This document shows, piece by piece, positions 1-12,726 of a stretch of DNA of 64,000 bases (within the stretch, counting starts at the first letter, position 1; every line of letters begins with the position of its first letter). The DNA lies in the NCBI RefSeq assembly GCF_963921235.1, contig NC_086115.1, positions 51,708,001 through 51,772,000 on the forward strand. Reading direction: 5' to 3'. Source of the stretch: Mobula hypostoma. Lineage: Eukaryota. The position numbers and the translations under genes were made by a program. The notes under the pieces are model-generated. The model worked only from the letters and a program-made list of their open reading frames with translations, had not been told where the DNA came from and ran no database searches.

Positions 1-434
1 AGCCACGTCCATCGTATGAAGAATGGTAGACTGCCAAAGGACATCCTCTACGGAAAACTAGCAACAGGCAAGAGGAACGGTGGTAGACCCCAGCTTCGCC
101 TCAAGGACCTCTGCAAGCATGATATGAAAGCCTTAACAATCAACATAGAGTGCGGGGAGGATACAGTAGATGACCGCAACAAGTAGCGAGGTACTCTTCA
201 GCAACACCCAGAGCAAGGCGAAAGAGTGATCCTGAGTCACTTTGAGGAGCGGAGAGCTAAACTGAGAACACAGCGGACAGTAATTCCACGACGCCCTACA
301 CATGCAGCAACTGTGGCAGAGCCTGCCGTTCCAGGATTGGCCTCAATAGCCACAGTCAACGCTGCTCGACAAACCAGTGACTACCAAAGGTGCAGTACCC
401 ACGGCTGACCACGACCAACGGAGGCCACACACTA
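1..434 (+). mobile_element. RTE-clade LINE, 3' end fragment
   Basis: Frame 1 reads HVHRMKNGRLPKDILYGKLATGKRNGGRPQLRLKDLCKHDMKA, typical of the RTE ORF2 C-terminus. Downstream is a CSNCGRACRSRIGLNSH zinc-finger-like motif; stops and frameshifts are present. Confidence 0.85.
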
Positions 435-640
435 ATCGCGGGACAATTTATGATGACCAATTAACTTACTCAATACGTCTTTGGACTGTGGAAGAAACCA
501 GAGGGATCGGAGAAAACCCACACATTCCACGGGAAGGACCTACAGAGGCTTCTTACAGCGGACACCAGAACTGAACTCTGACCTCTGGAAATGCCCCAGG
601 CTATCATAGCGTCATGCTAACTGCTACACTATCATGGCAC
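435..640 (-). mobile_element. V-SINE/HE1-type tRNA-derived SINE
   Basis: Reverse complement contains the V-domain-like core gtgggttttctccg..ctctggtttcttccacagtccaaagacgta...taattggtcat, shared with 12727-12930. Confidence 0.75.
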
Positions 641-946
641 CCTACTTCAATACATTATTTAAGAGAAGTGTAGGAGTGAAGTTGAAACTCATGGATACTC
701 CACTCTATTCGATTCGACTCTATTCTTCACATGAAGTTAAATAGTACTAGTCGGCTGTACGTAGCCTATTTATTAGAATCTAATGAGGTGTAACTTCATT
801 GGCTGTGCACAATGAAGTGGGAATTTCAGTTGCACCATCTAGTGATACAGGCTAAGGGAGATCCAGTAAGTGAGCAATTAGGGCAATTAATTGCGCCATA
901 TGTAGTAGAAGCAGCATTAAACCCATGGCCAAATTGAAGAAAATGC

Positions 947-1100
947 AAACAACAGGAATTCTGCAGATGCTGGAAATTCAAGCAACATACATCAAAGTTG
1001 CTGGTGAACGCAGCAGGCCAAGCAGCATCTATAGGAAGCACCTCTTCCTATAGATGCTGCTTGGCCTGCTGCGTTCACCAGCAACTTTGATGTATGTTGC
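947..1100. mobile_element. Penelope-like element (PLE) fold-back mini-insertion
   Basis: Perfect 57-bp inverted arms (982-1038 / 1044-1100) of PLE terminal sequence with a 5-nt loop; flanked by duplicated caaattgaagaa (930-941, 1101-1112). Confidence 0.9.
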
Positions 1101-1612
1101 CAAATTGAAGAACCTTACTCTACAGAAAAAGGGGGAACTGAACCTCTGACTGTTACATGTGAACAGAAAACTGAGGTTTGAGTTCTTATCTAAACAAAGT
1201 ATTCCAACTGGAAATGATTAGTGGAGAAATTAGAATGAAATATACCTTCAGTGCTGAATCTGATGGACCTTGACTGCTAGATAAGTATGGCTTAAGGTCC
1301 AGAGGAGAGGAGAAAGCTGGATGGACACCAGCAGTCATCACAATTAAGAAAGAGAGTATGTGTTCGGTTACAAAACCAACACAATGTGGACTGGTGAAAA
1401 ATATAAAGATCAGATATGCACGTTACCTAAACAAGTGAGAAAGGATAAAGGAGAATTCTGACAAATTACTGTCAGTATGACAGAGACAGTACAAAATCTG
1501 AAGAGCAAATCTGTGTGTTCACCGAACAAGTGAGAAAACTAAAGCTGAAGTGTGATGGAATTGAAGTGACCTATATGAAGCTCAGAGATAAACTGAGCAG
1601 GGTCCTCAAATG

Positions 1613-2185
1613 GATTAGATTAGATTAGATTATGAGGATATGCAGTCCTCTTTTATTGTCATTTAGTAATGCATGCATTAAGAAATGATACAATGTTTTT
1701 CCAGAATGATATCACAGAAACACATGACAAATCGACTTAAAAACTGACAAAAACCACATAATTATAACATATGGTTACAACAGTGCAAAGCAATACCGTA
1801 ATTTGATAAGAACAGACCATGGGCATGTTAAAAGTCTCAAAGTCTCTCAAAAGTCCCATCATCTCATGCAGACGGTGAAACCTCCAGCACCGCAAACTTG
1901 CCGATGCAGCATCCTGGAAGCACCCGACCACAGTCCGACTCCATCCGTCCAAAAACTCCGAGCCTCTGACCAGCTCTCCGACACCGAGCACCGAGCACCA
2001 TCTCTGCCGAGCGCTTCGACTCCAGCCCCGGCAACAGGCAATAGGCACAGCGAGGATTTGGGGCCTTCCCCTCTGGAGATTCTCGATCGCACAGTAGCAG
2101 CGGCAGCGAAGCGGGCATTTCAGAAGTTTCTCCAGATGTTCCTCCATGCTTCTGGATGGTCCTATCACTGATCTGGGATACATAC
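1613..2185 (-). mobile_element. Non-autonomous LINE-derived repeat with (CTAAT)n tail, 5' truncated
   Basis: Highly similar to 7667-8312; ends in a ttagattagattagatt microsatellite tail like the Rex1 copy tail near 20150. Confidence 0.7.
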
Positions 2186-2896
2186 TCTACATCAAACAAT
2201 AATCTAAAGCAGCACCTCTATCCAAATTTAGAGGAAAGGTAGATTGAACCAAAACGGCTGGAACAAAGAGTGCAAGATCGGAGTGTTTTCTCACCAATCT
2301 ACTGATCCTGAGAAAATTAATAAATAGTCCAAGGAGGTTCGTCATCCTAATAAAGATGGTTCAAAGACTGAAGTTGAACTTCTGCACATTCATACAACCT
2401 GCAAGTGCATGATAGCATCTGGGTTCTAGCCACAGTATTATCGCCTCATCAAGTCAAACAGTTGATGGATAAAATCAGTACCAACATGGGAAATGATAAA
2501 CAAAAGTCAACAATCTAGTTGGAATGCCATTAAGCAATGGTTGAATGAAAAGACTCCAACACTAACTGACTGGGGATAGGCAGTCAGCTACAAGCAAAGG
2601 AATTTTGAGCATGTCCCTGAATATGAGGAATACTTTAGAACATTATGATTTAACTACTTAGGAGTGCCAACATTAAATGAAGATAACATGGAGGGATTTG
2701 ACTATGGTGATAGAGTTCAAAGTTCAGGCCACAAACCCAACAAACATTGGAAAGGTACATGACATACCATAAAATGAACCCTGGGGCAGCAGAAAAGTTA
2801 TCACAATTAAACATTCCAGCCCCACCTGGACCATTTTTGCATCTACAAGTGCATTACATTACATTACTAAAAATGTCAGGGGTAGTCAGACAAATA

Positions 2897-3617
2897 CAGT
2901 ACTGTGCAAAAATCTTAGCCACATATATATATGTAACCAGGGTGCCTAAGGGTTTTGCACAATACTATATTTGTCAACGTGGAGCAGAGAGCAAGTTTGC
3001 AAATCTAGCGAGAGCAAAGAATGCTGGGGATGGCAAGGGTGGCGCACTGCGGGAGGGGTTTGGGACCGGTGGCAGAGGAGTGCCAGGGTGGGAGGGGAGC
3101 AGTGGCACAGGTGCAGACACACCCAGCCCTGAGACACTACGTAAGGTCATTTGATTCCAAACAATTGGTTTATTGATCATTCCAGAATGTCTCTCTGGTG
3201 CTTTCCACTCCCTCCCCTCTCCCTTCTCTTTTTCCCAATCATGAGTCACCTCTCCTTACCCCTTACCACTCTCAGTTCACAATGGAGACCCATATCAGAA
3301 TCAGGTTTATTAACACTGACATATGTCATGAAATTTGTGCTTTTTTTGTGGTAGCAGTACAGTGCATTATATAAAATTTATGCAGTACTGTGCAAAAGCA
3401 TTAGGCATATTGAATGAAGATAACATGGAGGGATTTGACTATGGTGATAGAGTTCAAAGTTCAGGCCACAAACCCAACAAACATTGGAAAGGTACATGAC
3501 ATACCATAAAATGAACCCTGGGGCAGCAGAAAAGTTATCACAATTAAACATTCCAGCCCCACCTGGACCATTTTTGCATCTACAAGTGGGAATGCCTAAG
3601 ACTTTTGCACAGTACTG
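2897..3617. mobile_element. Non-autonomous Tc1/mariner-type element with hairpin ends
   Basis: TIRs cagtactgtgcaaaa... / ...ttttgcacagtactg with TA on both sides; internal TIR copies at 2942-2967 and 3383-3408. Removing it restores the ERV integrase frame (ILVIVDK). Confidence 0.85.
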
Positions 3618-4377
3618 TACTAGTAATAGTTGACAAGTTCTCATGGTGGGTAGTGACTTTTCCAGGAAGAAATATCACTGCCACACATACAGCCAAAACA
3701 TTTTACCAAGGACTACATTCCCTGGATAGGATTACCATGTGATATTGACTTTCACTAGAAGAGTATGTCAGGAGTTAAGCTGTCTGATGAATATTGAACG
3801 GTCCTTCCATGGTTCACTGTAAGAAGGACGCTGTCAGATGCTGTTGATCACCAATGCAACAGTGAGGTCACAAGGAAAAGTAAGTGGATACACGCTAGTC
3901 ACTGTTTTCAAGCTCAGGTGATACCAGGAGATGAAGACGGAGACAGCAAGCATCATGGTTAATTTGCTAGTAGCCTGTTACTTGGTGTCAATGTCACTGG
4001 AGCACAGCGATTAAATCACTAAACAGCCAGTTGAATGTGTCATTTGAAATGGTCTACTACGTATTCTTATGAGTATCACATGAGTTTGCGGATGCTGTTA
4101 ATGCTTCTGGCTGTTGGATATGCTAATACATACCACGCATCTCACAATACTCACCAATGTAAGGCATTCCAGTCGACCCTATACAAACACATACTCTTTT
4201 CCTTGAATGAAGTTCAACATTACAATTCAACAACTACTTTGTATCCCTGATTCAAAATTTTGAAGGAAAATAATTTTGGTCTAGGACAGATGTGCCAAGA
4301 AGATTGGTCTAATCTATTGAGATACAATATATTGAGTCCAGTCTTACTCATGTTTTTATCTGGGATATCTCTAAACT

Positions 4378-4585
4378 CGATCCGGCTGGTGGCGCAGTGG
4401 CATCAGCGTCCATCCGTGCTGGGGTACGAGCTGGTGATCTCTTTGGAAACTCACACGGCAGAAGGCAAAGGCAAACCACTGCTGTAACTTGCCTCGTACG
4501 CGGTTCCCCACTACATCAGAGAGGCGTGGAGGGAAATCGTCCGCTAACCGGAGAAACTCCGGATGCCACGTACCTTTCCTTTTAT
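4378..4585 (+). mobile_element. tRNA-derived SINE fragment with RTE-like body
   Basis: A-box-like ggctggtggcgcagtgg; gaaggcaaaggcaaaccactgctg motif; cctttccttt tail. Confidence 0.5.
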
Positions 4586-5111
4586 CTCTAAACACAAACT
4601 TGAGGTCTATGACTAAGCTATCACATCCTTTTCTTTAATAGGACTTCAGAAAGTACCCTCCCGTCTGTGTAACTATGTGTTACATCTTCCTAAATTGAAT
4701 AATGATTCTGGAAGTTTTATTGACAATGTCCACTGTAAGAATTTCACAATCCAGCAAGGTCCCTGTCAATTGATAAGAAATGGTTGAATTCACCTACTTT
4801 AGTTGTGGAAATCGTGCTTATGTCTCCATATCTTCATATCAAATGGAGCTTATTTATACCTGTGCCCAGATACAAGGCAAATGTGCCAGAAGGAAGCCAT
4901 TTGATAGTAAGTATTGCTGTAGCTATGGAAAGAGTAAGCAATGACAGCATTTGTACCTGAAGAAAGTTATAGAGAAAAAGTTGCAATGTCAGAATCAGAA
5001 TCAGGTATGGCACTAGTATGAGTCATGAAATTAATGTGTAAAATGGTTTTCCAGAATCAGAAGAAATTAGATATTCTTTTAGCCATTATACAGGGGGCAT
5101 GCACAGTTATA

Positions 5112-5408
5112 AGCAACACACACTAAATACTGGTGGAACTCAGCAGGCCAGGCAGCGTCTATGGAAAAAAGTAGTCGACGTTTATCCCTCTCTCACCTTA
5201 TCACCTTGCCGGCCCATTGCCTCTCTCTGGTGCTCCTTCCCCCTTTCTCTTTCTTCCACGGCCTTCTATCTCTTTCACCAATCAACGTCCCAGCTCTTTA
5301 CTTCACCCCTCCCCCTCCAGGTTTCACCTATCACCTGGTGTCTCTCTCTCCCCTCGCTCCACCTTTTAAATCTACTCCCCAGCTCTCTCTCTCCAGTCCT
5401 GCCAAGGC
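5112..5408. mobile_element. PLE terminal-repeat fragments in inverted arrangement
   Basis: Minus-strand PLE end up to the GAAACGTC hammerhead motif (agtcgacgttt), then plus-strand pyrimidine-rich PLE repeat ending at cagtcctgccaagg. Confidence 0.75.
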
Positions 5409-5976
5409 TCACTCTGCTTGGCCTGTACTTTGATGTACATCCAATAGCCATAAGGTTTTGAACAATATAACCTCCAGATCCAACATCTACAAAGGACTGC
5501 CTACAAGAAGCAAAGAAGAAATTCTTCAGGTTTGATTCCACTGGTTGAACATGGTTATCCTAAGATGCCTATTGGTGTGACCATCGTCAAAGATGCCCAA
5601 AGTTTTGCTCAAGCAAAACACAAATGCTGTCGGGTTAGTGCTACCAGAAAATTGCAGATATCATAATGCTCTCAATTTTCATTAACTAATGTGGCAACAC
5701 TTGAGACACTCTGTTCCAGAGTGCTGCAGAAGAATATTTCACTTTGGCAGAAACTGGATGGTTCACCTCATCCACAGGAGTTGTGCTTTGATGGCACAAA
5801 AAGACGAGCACAATTTTAAACTATTTTTCTCATTAACCTAACAGGGAATCCATTCACTCCCTGAAATGTACTGTAGCTAAGACATCATTTCAGCCCATAT
5901 TCACAAAGGTACGTGAGAAGGTACAATTACAGTCTCACAGACCCTCACTTGTCAGACTCAGGAGAGTTTCTTCTCG

Positions 5977-6500
5977 TAAACACGAGGAATTCTGCAGATG
6001 CTGGAATTTCAAGCAACACACAAAGTTGCTGGTAAATGCCCAGGGAGAAAGAAGGGGGGCGGGAATCCAGAGGATAGGCAAGGGGTATAGTCAGAGGGAC
6101 AGAGGGAGAAAAAGGAGAGAGAGAGAAAGAATGTGTGTATACAAATAAATAACGGATCAACACACATCAAAGTTGCTGTGAACGCAGCAGGACAGGCAGC
6201 ATCTCTAGGAAGAGGTACCTGGGTAGCCTCCAACCTGATGGCATGAACATTGACCTCTAACTTCCGCTAATGCCCCACCTCCCCCTTGTACCCCATCCGT
6301 TATTTATTTATATACATCCCTCCTCTCCTGTCTTCTCCTATCATTTTGGATCTCCCCTCCCCCTCCCACTTTCAAATCTCTTACTAGCTCTTCCTTCAGT
6401 TAGTCCTGACGAAGGGTCTCAGCCTGAAATGTCGACCGTACCTCTTCCTAGAGATGCTGCCTGGCCTGCTGTGTTCACCAGCAACTTTGATGTGTGTTGC
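5977..6500. mobile_element. Composite inverted PLE insertion
   Basis: Several minus-strand PLE pieces followed by a plus-strand piece (LGSLQPDGMNID end, hammerhead core, gtgtgttgc); duplicated agagtttcttctc at 5963-5975 and 6502-6514. Confidence 0.85.
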
Positions 6501-6687
6501 TAGAGTTTCTTCTCAACCTCATTTTGGCTCTAGGCTATCTGATGATCACAACAGTTTCAACTGCACCTTTTCTGAGTTAACTGTATACTCTGTGTATAAA
6601 ATTTATTCTCATTATTATTGCAAGTTCTGTAACTTCTCAAGAAATTCTGTCTTGCATGTAATCAAATATATTTGTAACCAATATGTA

Positions 6688-7215
6688 GTATGTCGGTTCA
6701 TAGCCTCCTCTTGTGCCAAGATAAGGCCATGCTCAGAGTGGAGGATATTATATTCCACCTGGGTAGCCTCAAACCTGATGGCAGGAATTTCAATTTATCA
6801 TTCGGTAAAAAAGAATTCCCACCCCTCCCTTCGTCTTCTATTCTCCACTTGAGCCTCTTACCTGTCTATCACTTCCCCCCCCCCCCACGGGATCCCTCAT
6901 CCTTCCTTCCCCTTCTCCTATGGCCCACTCTCCTTTCCTATCAAATTACTTCCTCTCCAGCCCTTTATCTTTCCTACCCACCTGGCTTCACCCATCACCT
7001 TCTAGCCGTCTTCCTTCCCCTTCTCCTCCTCCACCCCCCCCCCCACCTTTTTACTCTGGCATCCTTCCCTCTTCCTTTCCACTCCTAGAGAAGGGTCTCG
7101 GCCTGAAATGTCAACTATTCATTCATTTCCACAGATGCTGCCTGACCTGCTGAGTTCCTCCAGTATTTTGTGTTTGTGGCTTTGGATTTACAGCATCTGC
7201 AGAATTCCTCGTTTT
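6688..7215 (+). mobile_element. PLE 3' fragment (older subfamily)
   Basis: MSVHSLLLCQDKAMLRVEDIIFHLGSLKPDG is the GIY-YIG C-terminus; followed by the terminal repeat with a degenerate hammerhead core. Confidence 0.8.
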
Positions 7216-7666
7216 TGAAGATCAACTACCTTTTATGTTTGCTTGATCCAAGATACAGAACTAAAGAAAATATATTTTAAACTGAAGATAATAAATGATA
7301 ATTTAGTTGATCAATCTACCATTGCTACTTATTTGCCCACTCTTGGCAGCTTTCTATCCAGATTTTATCTGTCAATTCAGAAAAAGTGGCATAATACTCT
7401 TTCAAAATGCTAGTCCCACTCTCTGGAAATAGCCAGCCCGGTGATGCTCGCAACCTCTCAGTCTTGTTTTATTTTTAATTATTTTTCTGCTGAAGGTAAC
7501 TTGGATTTTGTTGAAGGAAAAGTCTGGGGTAAGCTTGGCTGAAGAACGAAAGGGATGTAAAGGAAGGTTTCTGCCTGATACACTTCAGTAAATGAAGCCA
7601 CTTGAGCTGATGATGATTCAGGGTGTTGCTAATACTCTTCAAGTATGAATGACTTTTCACCAATAT

Positions 7667-8312
7667 GACTATGAGGACATGCAGAACCCTTTTATTGTCA
7701 TTTAGTAATGCATGCACTAAGAAATGATAAAAATGTTTTTCTAGAATGATATCACAAAAACACATGACAAACTGACTTAAAAACTAACAAAAACCACATA
7801 ACTATAACATATAGTTACAACAGTGCAAAGCAATACCGTAATTTGATAAGAACAGACCATGGCACAGTAAAAGTCTCAGAGTCTCTCGTAAAGTCCCATT
7901 TTCTCACGCAGACGGTAAACCTCCAGCGCCGCCAACTTGCCGATGCAGCATCCTGGAAGCATCCGACCACAGTCCGATTCCGAGTCCGTCCAAAAAACTC
8001 CGAGCCACCGACCACCTATCCGACACCGAGCACCAAGCACCATCTCTGCCGAGCGTTTCGACCCCAGCCCCGGCAACAGGCGATACACAAAGCCAAGGAT
8101 TTGGGGCCTTCGTCTCTGGAGATTCTCGATCGCACAGTAGCAGCGGCAATGAAGCAGACATTTCAGAAGTTACTCCAGATGTTCCTCTGCGCTTCTCGCG
8201 GCTGTCCCCATCAAATCCGGATTGTGCACGACACCCCTAGTTACACATACCGATATTCATTCAGAACGGCCGTGCGGGCTGCATCGCGCCACCATCTTCT
8301 CCTCCCTCCTTT
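7667..8312 (-). mobile_element. Non-autonomous LINE-derived repeat, near full length
   Basis: Same family as 1613-2185; its minus-strand 5' end reads aggagaagatggtggcgcg, similar to the start of 20910-21634. Confidence 0.7.
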
Positions 8313-8807
8313 CTGAAAACTAATCTGCTTTGGGGAAACCTGTTGAAAATTGACCTGCATTTCACTAATTCAGTAAAGAGGTTTGAAAAACATGCAGAAT
8401 AATATTGATATGGTTGCAATGCAGCATTGAGGTTTCTTCTACTGGGTTTAGAGAATATTCGAAATGTGTGCCTTTTCCAGCCTTTTCATTGCTTGATCTC
8501 AGAAATACTGAAGATAAATAACATAGAGGCACAATTGCTTGTTATGAATCACATCATATTTTCCTTTAATAACTATATAAAATATGTTCTAGTAATATAT
8601 GTAGCATACTCTGAGCTAAACTGAGAGTGCTTTTAAATTCTTACTGCATTAAGAGCTTTGAAACAAGATTATGTAGATTATTCACATCCAATAGCACCTT
8701 GTCATGTGGAGATTACATTGTTTGTGCACATGGCGATGTTATATTTTATAGTTATATTACACATGAATACAACCTTTCATAATGGTGAAGAAAATAAAGA
8801 CAAAGGT

Positions 8808-8888
8808 TGAGGCATGGAAGCATAGTGCTCAGCATAGCGCTTTACAGTGCAGGTGACCAAGGTTCAATTCCTGCCGCTACTTGTAAGG
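8808..8888 (+). mobile_element. V-SINE 5' (tRNA-like) head, split from its body by CR1 insertions
   Basis: A/B-box-like head with ggttcaattcc; continues at 12727. Confidence 0.7.
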
Positions 8889-11800
8889 AAACATACATAG
8901 AACATAGAATAGTACAGCACAGTACAGGCCCTTCAGCCCACAATGTTGTGCCGACCCTTAAACCCTGCCTCCCATATAAACCCCCACCTTAAGTTCCTCC
9001 ATATACCTGTCTAGTAGTCTCTTAAACTTCACAAGTGTATCTGCCTCCACCACTGACTCAGGCAGGGTATTCCACGCACCAACTACTCTCTGAGTAAAAA
9101 ACCTTCCTCTAATATCCCCCTTGAACTTCCCACCCCTTACCTTAAAGCCATGTCCTCTTGTATTGAGCAGTGGTGCCCTGGGGAAGAGGCGCTGGCTATC
9201 CACTCTATCTATTCCTCATTATCTTGTACACCTCTATCATGTCTCCTCTCATCCTCCTTCTCTCCAAAGAGTAAAGTCCTAGCTCCCTTAATTTCTGTTC
9301 ATAATGCATACTTTCTAAACGAGGCAGCATCCTGGTAAATCTCCTCTGTACCCTTTCCAATGCTTCCACACCCTTCCTATAGTGAGGTGACCAGAACTGG
9401 ACACAGTACTCCAAGTGTGGCCTAACCAGAGTTTTATAGAGCTGCATCATTACATCGCGACTCTTAAACTCTATCCCTCGACTTATGAAGCCTAACACTC
9501 CATAAGCTTTCTTAACTACCCTATCCACCTGTGAGGCAACTTTCAGGGATCTGTGGACATGTACCCCCAGATCCCTCTGCTCCTCCACACTACCAAGTAT
9601 CCTGCCATTTACTTTGTACTCTGCCTTGGAGTTTGTCCTTCCAGAGTGTACCACCTCACACTTCTCCAGGTTGAACTCCATCTGCCACTTCTCAGCCCAC
9701 TCCTGCATCCTATCAATATCTCTCTGCAATCTTTGACAATCCTCTACACGAGCTACAACACCACCAACCTTTGTGTCGTCTGCAAACTTGCTAACTCACC
9801 CTTCTACCCCCACATCCAGGTCGTTAATAAAAATCACAAAAAGTAGAGGTCCCAGAACAGATCCTTGTGGGACACCACTAGTCACAATCCTCCAATCTGA
9901 ATGTATTCCCTCCACCACCACTCTCTGCCTTCTGCAGGCAAGCCAATTCTGAATCCACCCGGCCAAACTTCCCTGGATCCCATGCCTTCTAACTTTCTGA
10001 ATAAGCCTACCATGTGGAACCTTGTCAAATGCCTTACTAAAATCCATATAGATCACATCCACTGCACTACCCTCATCTATATGCCTGGTCACCTCCTCAA
10101 AGAACTCTATCAGGCTTGTTAAACACGATCTGCCCTTCACAAAGCCATGCTGACTGTCCCTGATCAGACCATGATTCTCTAAATGCCCAGAGATCCTATC
10201 TCTAAGAATCTTTTCCAACAGCTTTCCCACCACAGACGTAAGGCTCACTGGTCTATAATTACCCGGACTATCTCTACTACCTTTTTTGAACAAGGGGACA
10301 ACATTTGCCTCCCTCCAATCCTCTGGTACCATTCCCGTTGACAACGAGGACATAAAGATCCTAGCCAGAGGCTCAGCAATCTCTTCCCTCGCCTTGTGGA
10401 GCAGCTTAGGGAATATTCCGTCAGGCCCCGTGGACTTATCCGTCCTAATGTATTTTAACAACTCCAACACCTCCTCTCCCTTAATATCAACATGCTCCAG
10501 AACATCAACCTCACTCATATTGTCCTCACCATCATCAAGTTCCCTCTCATTGGCGAATACCAAAGAGAAGTATTCACTGAGGACCTCGCTCACTTCCACA
10601 GCCTCCAGGCACATCTTCCCACCTTTTTCTCTAATCGGTCCTACCTTCACTCTTGTCATCCTTTTTTACTTCACATAATTAAAGAATGCCTTGGGGTTTT
10701 CCTCTACCCTACTCACCAAGGCCTTCTCATGCTCCCTTCTTGCTCTTCTCAGCCCCTTCTTAAGCTCCTTTCTTGCTTCCCTATATTCCTCAATAGAACC
10801 ATCTGTTCCTTGCTTCCTAAACATCATGTATAGTGCCTTCTTCCACCTGACCAGATTTTCCACCTCACTTGTCACCCATGGTTCCTTCACCCTACCATTC
10901 TTTATCTTCCTCACCGGGACAAATTTATCCCTAACATCCTGCAAGAGTTCTCTAAACATCGACCTTACTGTCTTTACACTGTTTATTCTGCTTCTCTTTC
11001 CTCAAAGCCTCTCTGTATGTTAGATCTGGCTTTACTCCATGCACTTCTTTCACTGCTCTATCACTCTGGGTCCCATCCCCCTCACAAATTAGTTTAAACC
11101 CTCCTGAACCATGCTAGCAAACCTACCTGCAAGGATATTGCTCCCCCTCGAGTTCAGGTGCAACCCATCCAATCTGTTCAGGTCCCACCTTCCGCAGAAG
11201 AGATCCCAATGATCTAAAAATCTAAAACCTTGCTCCCTGCACCAACTCCTCAGCCACGCATTCAACTGCCATCTCCTCCAATTCTTACCATCACTGTCAC
11301 ATAGCACTGGCAGCAATCCTGAGAACGCCACCCTTGAGGTCCTGTTCTTCAGCCTTCTGCCTGGTTCCCGAAACTCACACTTCAGGACCTCATCCCTCTT
11401 CCTGCCTATGTCGTTGGTCCCAACATGTATCACGACTTCTGGTTGCTTTCCCTCTCGTACCAGGATGTCGTGCACCCGGTCAGAGACATCCCGGACCCTG
11501 GCACCCGGGAGGCAACAAACGATGCGGGTGTCCTTCTCACATCCACAAAATCTCCTGTCTGCCCCCCTGACTATGGAGTCTCCAATGACAACAGCTCTCC
11601 TCTTCTCCTTCCCACCCTTCTGCACCACAGGGTCAGACTCAGTGCCGGAGGCCCTGCCACCATGGCTCACACCTGGTCAGTCGTCCCCGCCAACAGTATC
11701 CAGGACGGTAAACTTATTATTCAGGGGAATGGCTACAAGGGTGCTCTGCACTACCTGTCTGCTCACCTTCGCTTTCCCCCCTCTGACTGTCACCCAACGA

Positions 11801-12147
11801 CCTGCTTCCGACAGCCTAGGTGTGACTACCTCCCGGTAGCTCTCATCTATGACTGCCTCATTCTCCCTAATGAGTCGAAGGTCATCCAGCTGCTGCTCCA
11901 GATTCCTTACAGTCTTCCAGATCACCCAGCCGTATGCACTTCTGGCAGATGTGACTCTGCGGGAGAGGGGAGTTCCCCCAAGACTGCCACATCTCACATG
12001 AGAGGCACATCACCATCTCAGGAGACATTGTAAAAACTAACTGCAAGCTAGCTTGTCTTTCGCCTCTTCTCATCGAAGCCTCTCAAGTCAAAGCCTCAAA
12101 GCTCCACTCCTTCACTGGCCCACTCATGCACTGGCCGCTTTCCACCT
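8889..12147 (-). mobile_element. CR1 LINE with ORF1 (zinc finger + SGNH esterase) and RT; endonuclease deleted
   Basis: ORF1: CLSCEMW..HICQKC, IGDSIVRG, GTND, DGLHLN (11089-12030). ORF2: [51 protein letters not shown]; broken by stops. (TTCTATG)-like 3' tail near 8890. Inter-ORF sequence joins directly to mid-ORF2 near 10964. Confidence 0.92.
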
Positions 12148-12725
12148 TAGAAACAGAGAAAATCTACAGCACAATACAGGCCCTTCGGCCCACAATGTTC
12201 TGCTGACCATGTAACCTACTCTAGAAGTTGGCTAGAATTTCCCTACCACATAGCCCTCTATCTTTCTGAGCTCCATGTACCTATCTAAGAGTCTCTTAAA
12301 AGATCCTATTGTATCCACCTCTACCATTGTTGCTGGCAATGCATTCCACCACTCTCTGTGTGAAAAACATACTTCTGACATCCCCTTTGTACCTCCTTCC
12401 AAGCACCTTAAAACTATGCCGCCTCGTGTTATCCATTTCAGCCGTAGGAAAAAGCTTCTGGTTATCTACCTGATCAATGCCTCTCATCATCTTACACACC
12501 TCTATCAGGTCACTCTCATCCTCAGTCGCTCCCACGAGAAAAGGCCAAGTTCACTCAACCTATTCTCATAAGGAATACTCTCTAATCCAGACAACATCCT
12601 TGTAAATCTCCTCTGCACTCTCTCTACAGCATCCACATCCTTCCTGTAGTGAGGTGACCAGAACTGAACACAGTACTCCAGGTGGGGTCTAATTGAGGTC
12701 TTATACAGCTGTAACATTGCCTCAC
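12148..12725 (-). mobile_element. CR1 LINE 3' fragment
   Basis: LYKTSIRPHLEYCVQFWSPHYRKDVDAVERVQRRFTRM followed by a CR1 3' UTR and tail. Confidence 0.88.
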
Positions 12726-12726
12726 A

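Larger units (their letters stand above)
650..5900 (+). mobile_element. Decayed endogenous retrovirus (gag, integrase and probable env remnants), interrupted by younger insertions
   Basis: ~2520-2640 reads WNAIKQWLNEKTPTLTDWG*AVSYKQRNFEHVPEYEEYFR (Gag MHR-like). ~2750-2880 reads HKMNPG..NIPAPPGPFLHLQVHYITL, continuing after the MITE as ILVIVDKFSWWV...DYIPWIGLPCDID (integrase core). 3950-5900 is env-like only weakly. Confidence 0.65.
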
